Shown here: positions 8,321-16,475 of the stretch, piece by piece
How positions within the stretch are numbered: the first letter of the stretch is position 1
How the letters are laid out: each line of letters starts with the position of its first letter
NCBI GenBank assembly: GCA_016186955.1
Contig: JACPKP010000006.1
Span: 4,055-68,054, forward strand
DNA: 64,000 nucleotides
From: Candidatus Daviesbacteria bacterium
GTDB lineage: Bacteria; Patescibacteriota; Microgenomatia; Daviesbacterales; UBA10151
Reading direction: 5' to 3'
The notes under the pieces: generated by a model
The model's database searches: none
Told to the model about the DNA's origin: nothing
Seen by the model: only the letters and a program-made list of their open reading frames with translations
Position numbers and translations under genes: made by a program

Positions 8321-10054
8321 ATGAAAGTATCTATTGATTGGTTAAAAGAATTGGTTGAAATAAACGATATCGGCGAAGTGATTCGTCTTCTGCCTTTACG
8401 GACGATTGGAACCAAAGAAGAAACAGAAGATTTCATTGAATTGGACATGAAGGGTTATAACCGGGCTGACCTTTTATCAATGAGGGGGGTTGCTTATGAG
8501 GTGGCTGCGATCACTGATTCAAAAGTGAAATTTTCAGAAAATGAAAGCCAAATTAAAGAAGTTGGCAAAATTAATGTCGAAATTAACAACCCTAAACTCT
8601 GCCCAATTTATTGCGTTGCAAAGATCGAAAACCTAAAAGTTGAACAATCATCTGATGCATGGGTAAAAAAGTTGTCCGATTCTAGTTTGCGCTCAGTCAA
8701 CAAAATTGCAGATATAACAAATTTAATAATGCTGGAATACGGTCAACCGCTGCATGCTTTTGACGCATCTAAAGTTTCAAATGAAACTATTGTGGTAAGA
8801 ATTGCTAAAGATGGGGAAAGGATTACCACATTAGATGGGAAAACCAGGGATCTGGAAACCGCAGATTTGCTGATTGCTGACCCACAAAATAATTTAGGGA
8901 TAGCAGGGGTGATGGGTGGCAAGGATTCTGAAGTAAGTGATTCTACCTCAACAATTTTACTTGAGGCGGCAATTTTTGACCCTGCTGCTTTGCGGGCAAC
9001 CTCCACCAGGCTGGGGATATCATCTGAGGCAAGCAAAAGATTTTATCATGGGTTGACCAAGAAGAGATTGTTCCAAGCTTTGGATGCTGCAATCAAAATG
9101 TATCAGGGTTTGGGTGGAAAATTAACAGCTTTGACAATAGTTGGAGATTTTGAAGACAGGCAAAAAAATATTGTACTGACTAAAGAAAAACTTGATTCAC
9201 TGATTGGAGTTAATATCCCAGCAGATGAGGTTCAAAAATATTTAGAAAAACTACATTTCGCCCTGGCACACCCCCAAGGTGTAGACAGGGATTCGGCTGA
9301 ATTTCACCTCGGGGGTGAATCAAGCTGGACTGTCTCCCCTCCATACTGGAGGCTTGATATAAACATTGAAGAGGATCTGGTGGAAGAAGTAGCAAGGATG
9401 TACGGGTATGAAAAAATTCCTGCCAAAGAATTATCAAAAAACCTGCCTGCCGGCAGGCAGGTTGACCAGAGCTTATTTGAACTGATTTATAAAATAAAAA
9501 CATCCTTGGTCAATCTGGGACTTACTGAAATACAAACATATTCTTTTTACTCAACCCAAATCATAGAAAACTTACAAGTGGACACTGATAATTTGGTAAA
9601 GATAGCCAACCCAATTTCGTCGGAGACAGAATATTTGAGGGACAATATTTGGCCAAACCTTTTGGAAAAGGTTGCCCAAAATATGAAACACGGATTTTCT
9701 GACATAGCGGTATTTGAGGTAGGCAAGGTATATCAGGCTGTTGAGAATAACCGGCCCAAAGAAACTTACAAACTCTCAATTACCCTGTTAAACGGCAGTA
9801 ATAATCCCATCAGGGAGCTTTACCAAATTTTCCAGGATACTTTGTTACACCTGCCTGCCGGCAAGGCAGGCCTTCGAGGTGTGACAAAAAGGGGAAATGA
9901 AGAAAAATATTTCCATCCTACAAGACTTTCGTTTTTAGAACATAGCGGAAAAGAGGTTGGCAAAGTTGCAGAAGTACATCCAAAAATTGTCAATAGGTTT
10001 GGTGTAGAAAAAAGAATAGCGGTACTTGAAATAGAGATTGGAAACCCGTTATAA
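8321..10054 (+). CDS. pheT: phenylalanyl-tRNA synthetase beta subunit (short form, 577 aa)
   Basis: Immediately follows pheS. B3/B4 and B5-like regions are present (GQPLHAFD, FDPAALRATS). A small palindrome insertion lies at 9302..9320. Confidence 0.8.
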   Translation: MKVSIDWLKELVEINDIGEVIRLLPLRTIGTKEETEDFIELDMKGYNRADLLSMRGVAYEVAAITDSKVKFSENESQIKEVGKINVEINNPKLCPIYCVAKIENLKVEQSSDAWVKKLSDSSLRSVNKIADITNLIMLEYGQPLHAFDASKVSNETIVVRIAKDGERITTLDGKTRDLETADLLIADPQNNLGIAGVMGGKDSEVSDSTSTILLEAAIFDPAALRATSTRLGISSEASKRFYHGLTKKRLFQALDAAIKMYQGLGGKLTALTIVGDFEDRQKNIVLTKEKLDSLIGVNIPADEVQKYLEKLHFALAHPQGVDRDSAEFHLGGESSWTVSPPYWRLDINIEEDLVEEVARMYGYEKIPAKELSKNLPAGRQVDQSLFELIYKIKTSLVNLGLTEIQTYSFYSTQIIENLQVDTDNLVKIANPISSETEYLRDNIWPNLLEKVAQNMKHGFSDIAVFEVGKVYQAVENNRPKETYKLSITLLNGSNNPIRELYQIFQDTLLHLPAGKAGLRGVTKRGNEEKYFHPTRLSFLEHSGKEVGKVAEVHPKIVNRFGVEKRIAVLEIEIGNPL

Positions 10055-10062
10055 TTTAAGTC

Positions 10063-10308
10063 GTGGAAAGAATTCAGGTTGGCTTAGGAGTGTGGACAAA
10101 TATGTATACGCACGAAGAGATAGAAGAAAAAGTAAAAAGACCGCCAGACCCCTGGGTTGTTGAATTTGTGACAAAATCATCTTCTTTAACTGAGCAAGAG
10201 AAAAAAGAGTATTTGGATCCTGTAAATTACAGGCAGATGATGCTTGCAGCTTATGAACATATGTGCAAGGAACACGGCAGAAAGCACCATTCTATAATGC
10301 CACAGTAA
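10063..10308 (+). CDS. hypothetical small protein (81 aa)
   Basis: Intact ORF, convergent with the PBP gene. Confidence 0.3.
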   Translation: MERIQVGLGVWTNMYTHEEIEEKVKRPPDPWVVEFVTKSSSLTEQEKKEYLDPVNYRQMMLAAYEHMCKEHGRKHHSIMPQ

Positions 10309-12820
10309 CCCCGACTGAAGAAGAAAACACTCCACCACTGTTATCCTCCAGCGTCACTGTAATGTTATGTGAACCTTTATCACCTTCAGGAAACTCCACA
10401 TGCTGGGCAAAAGGTTCCTGAGTTTGGACATTTTTTTGAGCCCCATCTATACTCCAGGTAACTTTTTTTACCCCTGCGGGGGAATTTGCTTTCGCCAAAA
10501 CATCAAACACCCTGGGGACATTGACCCCGTTACCGATATTGACTATGGCAATTATTGCATTTGTTGAACCGCCCGAGTTAAATCCGGGGATACCGCTGCA
10601 ACCCCTTGCCATACCAACCAGCCTTTGGTCAGGCGCTGTCAGGACCCAATCATCAATCCCTTTCTGCCATTTATTTGCACCTGTGGGGTCATCCTCCTTG
10701 AGCAATACAACATCTTTTTCCTCTGTATCCTCCCCATCATTTGCAATCCTGTGCAGATTGCTTTTACAAACCTTTTGGCGCTGGTAAGAGGGGGCTGCTG
10801 AATTTGGCATTGTTCCTTTCAGGAAAAACTCCTTCCTGGTGGGAGAACCTTCTTTTGGTATACCACCCATCAATCCGTCTACATCACCTGATATGACATT
10901 TTCAGGCTGTTTGGGTCTTTCATCACCCATATCTTTTAAGGCTAGCGTCATAATTTTCTGCCAGATGGGTGAAGCGCCAGTTACACCTGATGTGATAACA
11001 GGGTTCATAACAGAGTTATCGTTATTGCCAACCCAAACCCCAACCACCCTGGAAGACGTATAGCCAAAAGTCCAGTTGTCCCTTTTCTGGTCAGTAGTTC
11101 CTGTTTTGACAGCAACTGTTTTGCCCGGAATATTTAAAACAGAATTGGAGCCAAAAGCTGCCGACCTGGCGCCGTTATCAGACAAAATATTGGAAATGAT
11201 AAAAGCAATCCCTTCATCCAAAACCTTAACTCCTTCCGAATCCCGGTTTTCATATAAAGTCTTGCCCTTGGAATCCTCAACTTTCAAAATTGAAATTGCA
11301 TCATGTTTTTTCCCGCCATTTGCCAACACACCATATGCTGAAGTCAAATCCAGGAGCCTAATTTCCCGTCCGCCTAAAGTCAGGGCTAGACCGGCATTGT
11401 TAATATTTTCTTCTGTTGGCTCCCAGGTTGTCACACCCATCTTGTATGCTAAATCCATGGCATTTTTTACCCCAACCAAAGCCAGCATTTTAACAGCCGG
11501 AATGTTGTAAGAGTTGCCGAGGGCATAGCGTACCTGGACAGGTCCGCGGAATTGGCCGTCATAGTTGACGGGAATATAGGAGGGCCTGTCACCCCCCGGA
11601 AACTCAGTTGATACATCAACCAACACTGATGCTGCGGTGTACCCCTTTTGCAAAGCTGCAGAATAAGTAATTGGCTTTGTGGCGGAGCCCGGCTGCCTTA
11701 AAGCCAGCGCCACATTAACATTCCCGTCATAATCTTTTGCAAAATAATCCTTAGATCCAACCATAGCCAAAATTGCACCAGTCCGGGGATCTAACACAAC
11801 CGCCGCGCCGTTGCCTACTTTATAATTTTTCAGTTTTTCAATCTCCGTCTGGACAATTTTTTGAGTATCTTCCTGTAGTTTATAATCAAGTGTTGTTGTC
11901 ACCTTTAACCCCCCCTGCTCAACCATCTTATCCCCGAATTGTTCAATCAGTTTTTGCTTAACGTACAACACAAAGTGGGGGGCCTTAAACCCGATTTCGT
12001 TTTGGGCGGTCCGGTAAGCCAGCTCCTCGTTTTTTGCTGCTTCAGCCTGGTCTTTCGAAATATAATTATCCTCAACCATCCGCCGCAGTACTTCTGTCTG
12101 CCGTACTTTAGCTAGTTCGGGATGGGTGCCATACGGGGAATAAACAGAAGGCCGCTGGGGCAAACCTGCCAATAGGGAAGCCTCAGCTAAATCCAGCTCT
12201 TTGGCATGTTTTCCAAAATAAAGGTTGGCTGCAGCTTCTATCCCATATGCAGTCCCGCCGTAAGGGATCTCATTTAAATACATTTCTAAAATCTTATCTT
12301 TGGAATAGACCCTTTCAACCTGGACTGCGAGTATCAACTCTTTTACCTTCCTGATCAGGCTGCGGTCGCTGGTCAAAAGCGCATTTTTGACCAATTGCTG
12401 TGTTAGGGTTGAACCCCCGCCTTCCACCTTCCTGTACAACACCAGCTCAAAAAAAGACCTGGCGATGCCTACAGGTGAAAAGCCCTGGTGATTGTAAAAA
12501 TCCTTATCTTCAATAGAGATAGTGGATTTTTTGACCACATCAGGGACTTCTTCAAGTTTGACAGTGGTGCGGTTCTGGTTTTGGAAGATATCATATAAAA
12601 GTTCACCATTGCGGTCGTAAATTTTTGTTGATTGGGCAACATCACGGTTTTGCAGACTTTCAGGTGTGGGAACTTGGGTAAAAAAGAATAAAACCGCGAT
12701 AATAAAAATCAGCACCAGAAAAACCAGGCTGTAAAGTGAGAAGCTTGACAATGTCGATAAAAACCTTAATTTCGAGATATCTGAATAATCAGGATGCCTT
12801 TTAATTCTCCTAAGGGACAT
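10292..12820 (-). CDS. class A penicillin-binding protein (transglycosylase plus transpeptidase) with a C-terminal Ig-like extension
   Basis: N-terminal TM segment, GT51 motifs (EDKDFYNHQG, GGSTLTQQL, RKVKE), transpeptidase SATKP, SYN and KTGT. Confidence 0.9.
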   Translation of the reverse strand: MSLRRIKRHPDYSDISKLRFLSTLSSFSLYSLVFLVLIFIIAVLFFFTQVPTPESLQNRDVAQSTKIYDRNGELLYDIFQNQNRTTVKLEEVPDVVKKSTISIEDKDFYNHQGFSPVGIARSFFELVLYRKVEGGGSTLTQQLVKNALLTSDRSLIRKVKELILAVQVERVYSKDKILEMYLNEIPYGGTAYGIEAAANLYFGKHAKELDLAEASLLAGLPQRPSVYSPYGTHPELAKVRQTEVLRRMVEDNYISKDQAEAAKNEELAYRTAQNEIGFKAPHFVLYVKQKLIEQFGDKMVEQGGLKVTTTLDYKLQEDTQKIVQTEIEKLKNYKVGNGAAVVLDPRTGAILAMVGSKDYFAKDYDGNVNVALALRQPGSATKPITYSAALQKGYTAASVLVDVSTEFPGGDRPSYIPVNYDGQFRGPVQVRYALGNSYNIPAVKMLALVGVKNAMDLAYKMGVTTWEPTEENINNAGLALTLGGREIRLLDLTSAYGVLANGGKKHDAISILKVEDSKGKTLYENRDSEGVKVLDEGIAFIISNILSDNGARSAAFGSNSVLNIPGKTVAVKTGTTDQKRDNWTFGYTSSRVVGVWVGNNDNSVMNPVITSGVTGASPIWQKIMTLALKDMGDERPKQPENVISGDVDGLMGGIPKEGSPTRKEFFLKGTMPNSAAPSYQRQKVCKSNLHRIANDGEDTEEKDVVLLKEDDPTGANKWQKGIDDWVLTAPDQRLVGMARGCSGIPGFNSGGSTNAIIAIVNIGNGVNVPRVFDVLAKANSPAGVKKVTWSIDGAQKNVQTQEPFAQHVEFPEGDKGSHNITVTLEDNSGGVFSSSVGVTVAL

Positions 12821-12866
12821 GTACTAATTATACAAGCCCAAAACTCAAAATTCAAAAGTAAGTAAT

Positions 12867-12895
12867 TTGACTTTTAACCCATAGTATGGTATAGT
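12867..12895 (+). promoter_or_regulatory. sigma70-like promoter ttgact-17-tatagt for the high-GC small gene
   Basis: ttgacttttaacccatagtatggtatagt followed by the RBS ggaggaag. Confidence 0.5.
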
Positions 12896-12926
12896 AATCA
12901 GGCACTTAAATCTTTGGAGGAAGAGG

Positions 12927-13172
12927 ATGAAAGTTTATTACCTTCCCTACGGCGTCAACCATCCGGTTGACACCGAGAGCCTCGCCGCCCTCAAGGCGGC
13001 GGGGATTCCTTTCTCCGTCCTGGAGAAGGACGGAGCGTCCCGGGTTTTAAGAAACCTGGTAGGCGGAGTCGCCTTGGTCGAAGGCCACGGAGCCTTCGAA
13101 ACAGGGCGGTTGATCCGCCGCATCCGCAAGGCCGGGGTTCCGGCCGAGTGCCTGCCGCTGAAGTCACACTGA
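12927..13172 (+). CDS. high-GC small protein (81 aa), function unknown
   Basis: Intact ORF. Its codon usage is GC-rich (GCC, GGC, CGG) in a low-GC context. Confidence 0.5.
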   Translation: MKVYYLPYGVNHPVDTESLAALKAAGIPFSVLEKDGASRVLRNLVGGVALVEGHGAFETGRLIRRIRKAGVPAECLPLKSH

Positions 13173-13175
13173 GCG

Positions 13176-13215
13176 GTAGTTTGCCCCCTACCAGCTGGTA
13201 GGGGGCTTTTTTTGC
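13176..13215 (+). terminator. intrinsic terminator (cccctaccagctggtaggggg plus T8)
   Basis: GC-rich hairpin plus T-tract read directly. Confidence 0.8.
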
Positions 13216-13249
13216 TAAAAAAATCTGTACTTGGTAAAATACAATATAA

Positions 13250-13322
13250 CCGCAGGTGGCAGAACGGTTGATGCAACAGACTGTAAATCTGTGCCAAGTA
13301 GGTTCGACTCCTACCCTGCGGA
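13250..13322 (+). tRNA. tRNA-Tyr (anticodon GTA), class-I-like with a 5-nt variable loop
   Basis: CCGCAGG acceptor stem pairs with CCTGCGG. Anticodon stem ACAGA/TCTGT with loop CTGTAAA, T-arm GTAGG-TTCGACT-CCTAC, discriminator A. Confidence 0.8.
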
Positions 13323-13378
13323 CACAGCGAAGCGAAGGACACAGCGAAGCGAAAGACACAGGGCAAGCTTTACCCTGC
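13323..13378 (+). repeat. tandem acacagcgaagcgaa(g/a)ga units followed by a second copy of the tRNA-Tyr 3' end (taccctgcggac)
   Basis: Read directly. taccctgcggac occurs at 13312, 13365 and 14498. Confidence 0.6.
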
Positions 13379-13551
13379 GGACCGCAAAATATTTCTTTTT
13401 AGACTTAAACTGCCTATGAATAAAAGATGTCAAGACTTCAATATTGCACTTTTGTTTTGCTTAGTCAGAAGGACAAAAAATTCTATAAAGGACCTATAAG
13501 TCATGTGAGGGAATTATAAGATATTTATTTTTTATGCTATAATCAATACTT

Positions 13552-14364
13552 ATGGATACCCCTGAAGAGTTAAGGAATACATTATCTTTAGAATCAAATC
13601 TTTCTAGAATTGGTATCACTTCCTTAACATTTCCTCAAATCTTTGAAAAATCAAGAATATTTGGTTTAAAAGCTAATCGTGCTTTTATACCTGAACAAAG
13701 GGGGAGGGTGGCAGATGCCTTATTATTGATGCTAGAGGTTCATTTTGATCAAAATCCTCGTCCAGATGGCACTCCTTATACGGACCACCCCCTAACCGTA
13801 GCAGATAAAATTATGGATATTATGGTTAATCCTGACCCAGAATTAGTCATAGCAGCCCTATTACATGATAGTGTAGAAGACCAAAGTAATAAACTAGCCA
13901 GAAAATATAGAGGATACAACGCAGATTCAACACTAACAGATGAGCAAGCGGCACTAGAATTTATAAAAGTACACTATGGTGCAAGGGTTGGAAGAACTGT
14001 AGCTGCTCTTTCAAATCCCGATTTCAATGCACAATTAGCAATTTTAGGAATAAATGAGAATCACCCTGATTATAGAATACATAAAAATATTCTTTACGCT
14101 CAACACGTTGCGGAAATCTCTGAAAATCCTGATGCGTTTTTAATTAAATTAATGGATTTTACTTCAAATGCTGGAGATTTAATGAAATTACCAGATGGAT
14201 CCCAAAAAATTAAACTAATGAGGAAATATGGCCCTGTTGTGGGTACCATGAAAGATGGACTGTCCCGATTAAATCTTCCTATTAAGGAAAAAGCAAAAAT
14301 TTTATTAGAAGCTAAATTAGAAGACATCGACAATTATATTAGTCAACAGATATCTGCAAAATGA
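13552..14364 (+). CDS. small alarmone hydrolase, RelA/SpoT-family HD domain (standalone SAH/Mesh1-like; 270 aa)
   Basis: HD motifs R-x-x-G-x-PY-x-x-HPL-x-VA and AALLHDSVED, then LIKLMD...N, match the Rel hydrolase-domain signature. TGA stop. Confidence 0.75.
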   Translation: MDTPEELRNTLSLESNLSRIGITSLTFPQIFEKSRIFGLKANRAFIPEQRGRVADALLLMLEVHFDQNPRPDGTPYTDHPLTVADKIMDIMVNPDPELVIAALLHDSVEDQSNKLARKYRGYNADSTLTDEQAALEFIKVHYGARVGRTVAALSNPDFNAQLAILGINENHPDYRIHKNILYAQHVAEISENPDAFLIKLMDFTSNAGDLMKLPDGSQKIKLMRKYGPVVGTMKDGLSRLNLPIKEKAKILLEAKLEDIDNYISQQISAK

Positions 14365-14495
14365 TTTTTTTCTTATAAATTTCTATAAACATTTATCTCC
14401 TCAAAGCTCAGAAATGGTATCAGGGTGCGACTAGCGTTCACTAGGCGGACCGAACGAAGTGAGGGGAGCAGGGCAACGTTCTTGCGGAGCAAAGT

Positions 14496-14512
14496 TGTTA
14501 CCCTGCGGACAG
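14496..14512 (+). repeat. third copy of the tRNA-Tyr 3' end (gttaccctgcggacag) inside a GC-rich segment at 14420..14512
   Basis: Exact 12-nt match to the tRNA 3' end. Confidence 0.5.
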
Positions 14513-14554
14513 TTTAATCCTATAGTTGCTTTTATTTCTAATTTTAAGTAAAAT

Positions 14555-16402
14555 GTGGTGCTAAATATGAAAGAAGAAGATTTTTCAAGCATCAACAAGG
14601 CAAGGATTTTACCTCCCATTGGTTCAGAGCTTTTCCTTGCCAAACCCGAGCGCAAAGGTAGTTTACCTCCTAAAATTGCCCAAGACAATAGGCTCATTGA
14701 GCATGCAACGTTCAGGAGAGATCTTTATAAATTATTCGATCATATTTTTGAGTCTATTCAAAACCAAAATCTCAGTATTGGCCAAGCGGTTAAAAAGGGA
14801 TTGATCGGAAAATCAGTTGTTACACGCTTATGGGATGGGCTATCCGATTTTCTTAAGCAGGACGAAAACAATGCCAGAATCCTCCTTTATCTTCCGTTTG
14901 AAACCCTGCCGGATTTAACCGCCGAAAATTGTGTAGAGACTGCCACAGGGCAAAGACTGGTAAATTTATACCAAGATGCTTGGATCAGGCTTCTTCATGA
15001 AACAGAACCCCGGGCGAACTTTGTTGACGGCGATATATTGGAACCGGGTCTTGAACAACCCGAAAGAGTCAGCAAAGCAGGCCATCTTACCCCGGAACTT
15101 CTTATTAGGAAAATAATAACAATTACGGATATACTGCTACTTTTAGAAATAATCCCTGACGGAGATCCGTTAAAATCTATTGCCCAAGGAGTAATGGTTT
15201 CCAAAGATCGGGGACTCATAAGCGGGACAGATTGGGAAAAAGCTTGTGAAATTATTGAAAAAAGGATTAAAGACTTAAGCCTTTTATACCAAAGGGGAGA
15301 AGTTTTTAAAGACCCAAGCTCAGATAAAATTAGCCTGGAAAGGGCAAGTTGGTTAAGAAAAGTGCAGGAGGAAGAAGAGGAAAATAAAAAAGCGTACCTG
15401 CTGTCCCAACAAATTCTTGGCGGACAAAATTTAGAGGCTTTAGTCAAACTTGAGGGGTTGGGAACAGTAGTCATGGCATTAATAAAAACCGGTCAATACT
15501 TGGCCAAGAAGGACAGCGGACAAGCCAAAGAATTTGCCTGCCGGGCGGAAAAAATTATTCAGGAAGCTTGGGAATCAAACGAAATTTCCCTAAAGGATGC
15601 AGTATTGGGAGGGTTGAATCAATGGGCAAGGCTGGGAATTGTTGACAATGCATTTTTACAAACGTTGGGAATTAAATTGACTGATCTATCATCCCCATTC
15701 CAATACGATGAGGGGGGACTTTCTTATGAATTCAAAAGTTTGGTTACAGCCGCAAATAAAATAAAATCCCACCCATTTTTGTCCGGAGTTTTGTACCCGG
15801 GTTTTTTGGTATTTGGATCCAGGCTTAAGGGTTATGCGGATCTGAATGCCGACTTGGATGCTGCAATGTTTTTCAGGCCTAATGCAGATTTTAAAAACAG
15901 GATGCAAATTCTCAGAGTTTTAAGAAGAGAGATTCCTGAAATCCCCAGCATTGATAAATTTCTTGAGTATTGGACAACTTTTGAGGAAGGGAAATTGGTA
16001 TTTGGATCAATCAAGGAGGATACCAGAACATTTGTCGGAGAATCGGCAATACATTTTTTTATGGGCGGGGTTTGGATTGTTGGAGAGCCGGAAATTGCGG
16101 AGCTGCGTGACAACATGCTTGAAAGGTATTTAAATTTGTCCCGTTTTGGCGACGCTAAAATACAAATCAGGCAGAAATTCTTAGGCCAAATTGAACTGGA
16201 CATCCTGCAATACAGGTTAATGCATAAAGGATATGGGAAATTTTATCCGCGGGCAGATAAGGGATACACGCAAAATTCGGATTTGATCGATTATCAAAGC
16301 GATTTTTGGGATCCGGGATACAGGAGGGTTGCAACTAAATTATTTTTAAGCCGGGTTTTCCTGCCAGATCTATACCCAAAATACTTCAATCTGCAACTTT
16401 AA
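14555..16402 (+). CDS. large protein (615 aa) with a C-terminal pol-beta-superfamily nucleotidyltransferase motif
   Basis: LVFGSRLKGYADLNADLDAAMFF fits hG[GS]-x(9-13)-DhD of minimal nucleotidyltransferases. The N-terminal roughly 400 aa is helical with no recognisable motif. Confidence 0.55.
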   Translation: MVLNMKEEDFSSINKARILPPIGSELFLAKPERKGSLPPKIAQDNRLIEHATFRRDLYKLFDHIFESIQNQNLSIGQAVKKGLIGKSVVTRLWDGLSDFLKQDENNARILLYLPFETLPDLTAENCVETATGQRLVNLYQDAWIRLLHETEPRANFVDGDILEPGLEQPERVSKAGHLTPELLIRKIITITDILLLLEIIPDGDPLKSIAQGVMVSKDRGLISGTDWEKACEIIEKRIKDLSLLYQRGEVFKDPSSDKISLERASWLRKVQEEEEENKKAYLLSQQILGGQNLEALVKLEGLGTVVMALIKTGQYLAKKDSGQAKEFACRAEKIIQEAWESNEISLKDAVLGGLNQWARLGIVDNAFLQTLGIKLTDLSSPFQYDEGGLSYEFKSLVTAANKIKSHPFLSGVLYPGFLVFGSRLKGYADLNADLDAAMFFRPNADFKNRMQILRVLRREIPEIPSIDKFLEYWTTFEEGKLVFGSIKEDTRTFVGESAIHFFMGGVWIVGEPEIAELRDNMLERYLNLSRFGDAKIQIRQKFLGQIELDILQYRLMHKGYGKFYPRADKGYTQNSDLIDYQSDFWDPGYRRVATKLFLSRVFLPDLYPKYFNLQL

Positions 16403-16475
16403 ATAACAATTTTGGGTTCAAAATCGTTTAACGAGAGTTGCAAACTCGAGTTAAATGAGTTTATCTTGAGTATAT

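Noticed and set aside
12947-13366. Minus-strand ORFs 12947..13366 and 12991..13359, and plus-strand ORFs inside 18393..19346.
   Set aside because: These are GC-rich-region artefacts, since a stop-poor composition gives long spurious frames. They overlap tRNA-Tyr or better-supported genes on the other strand.
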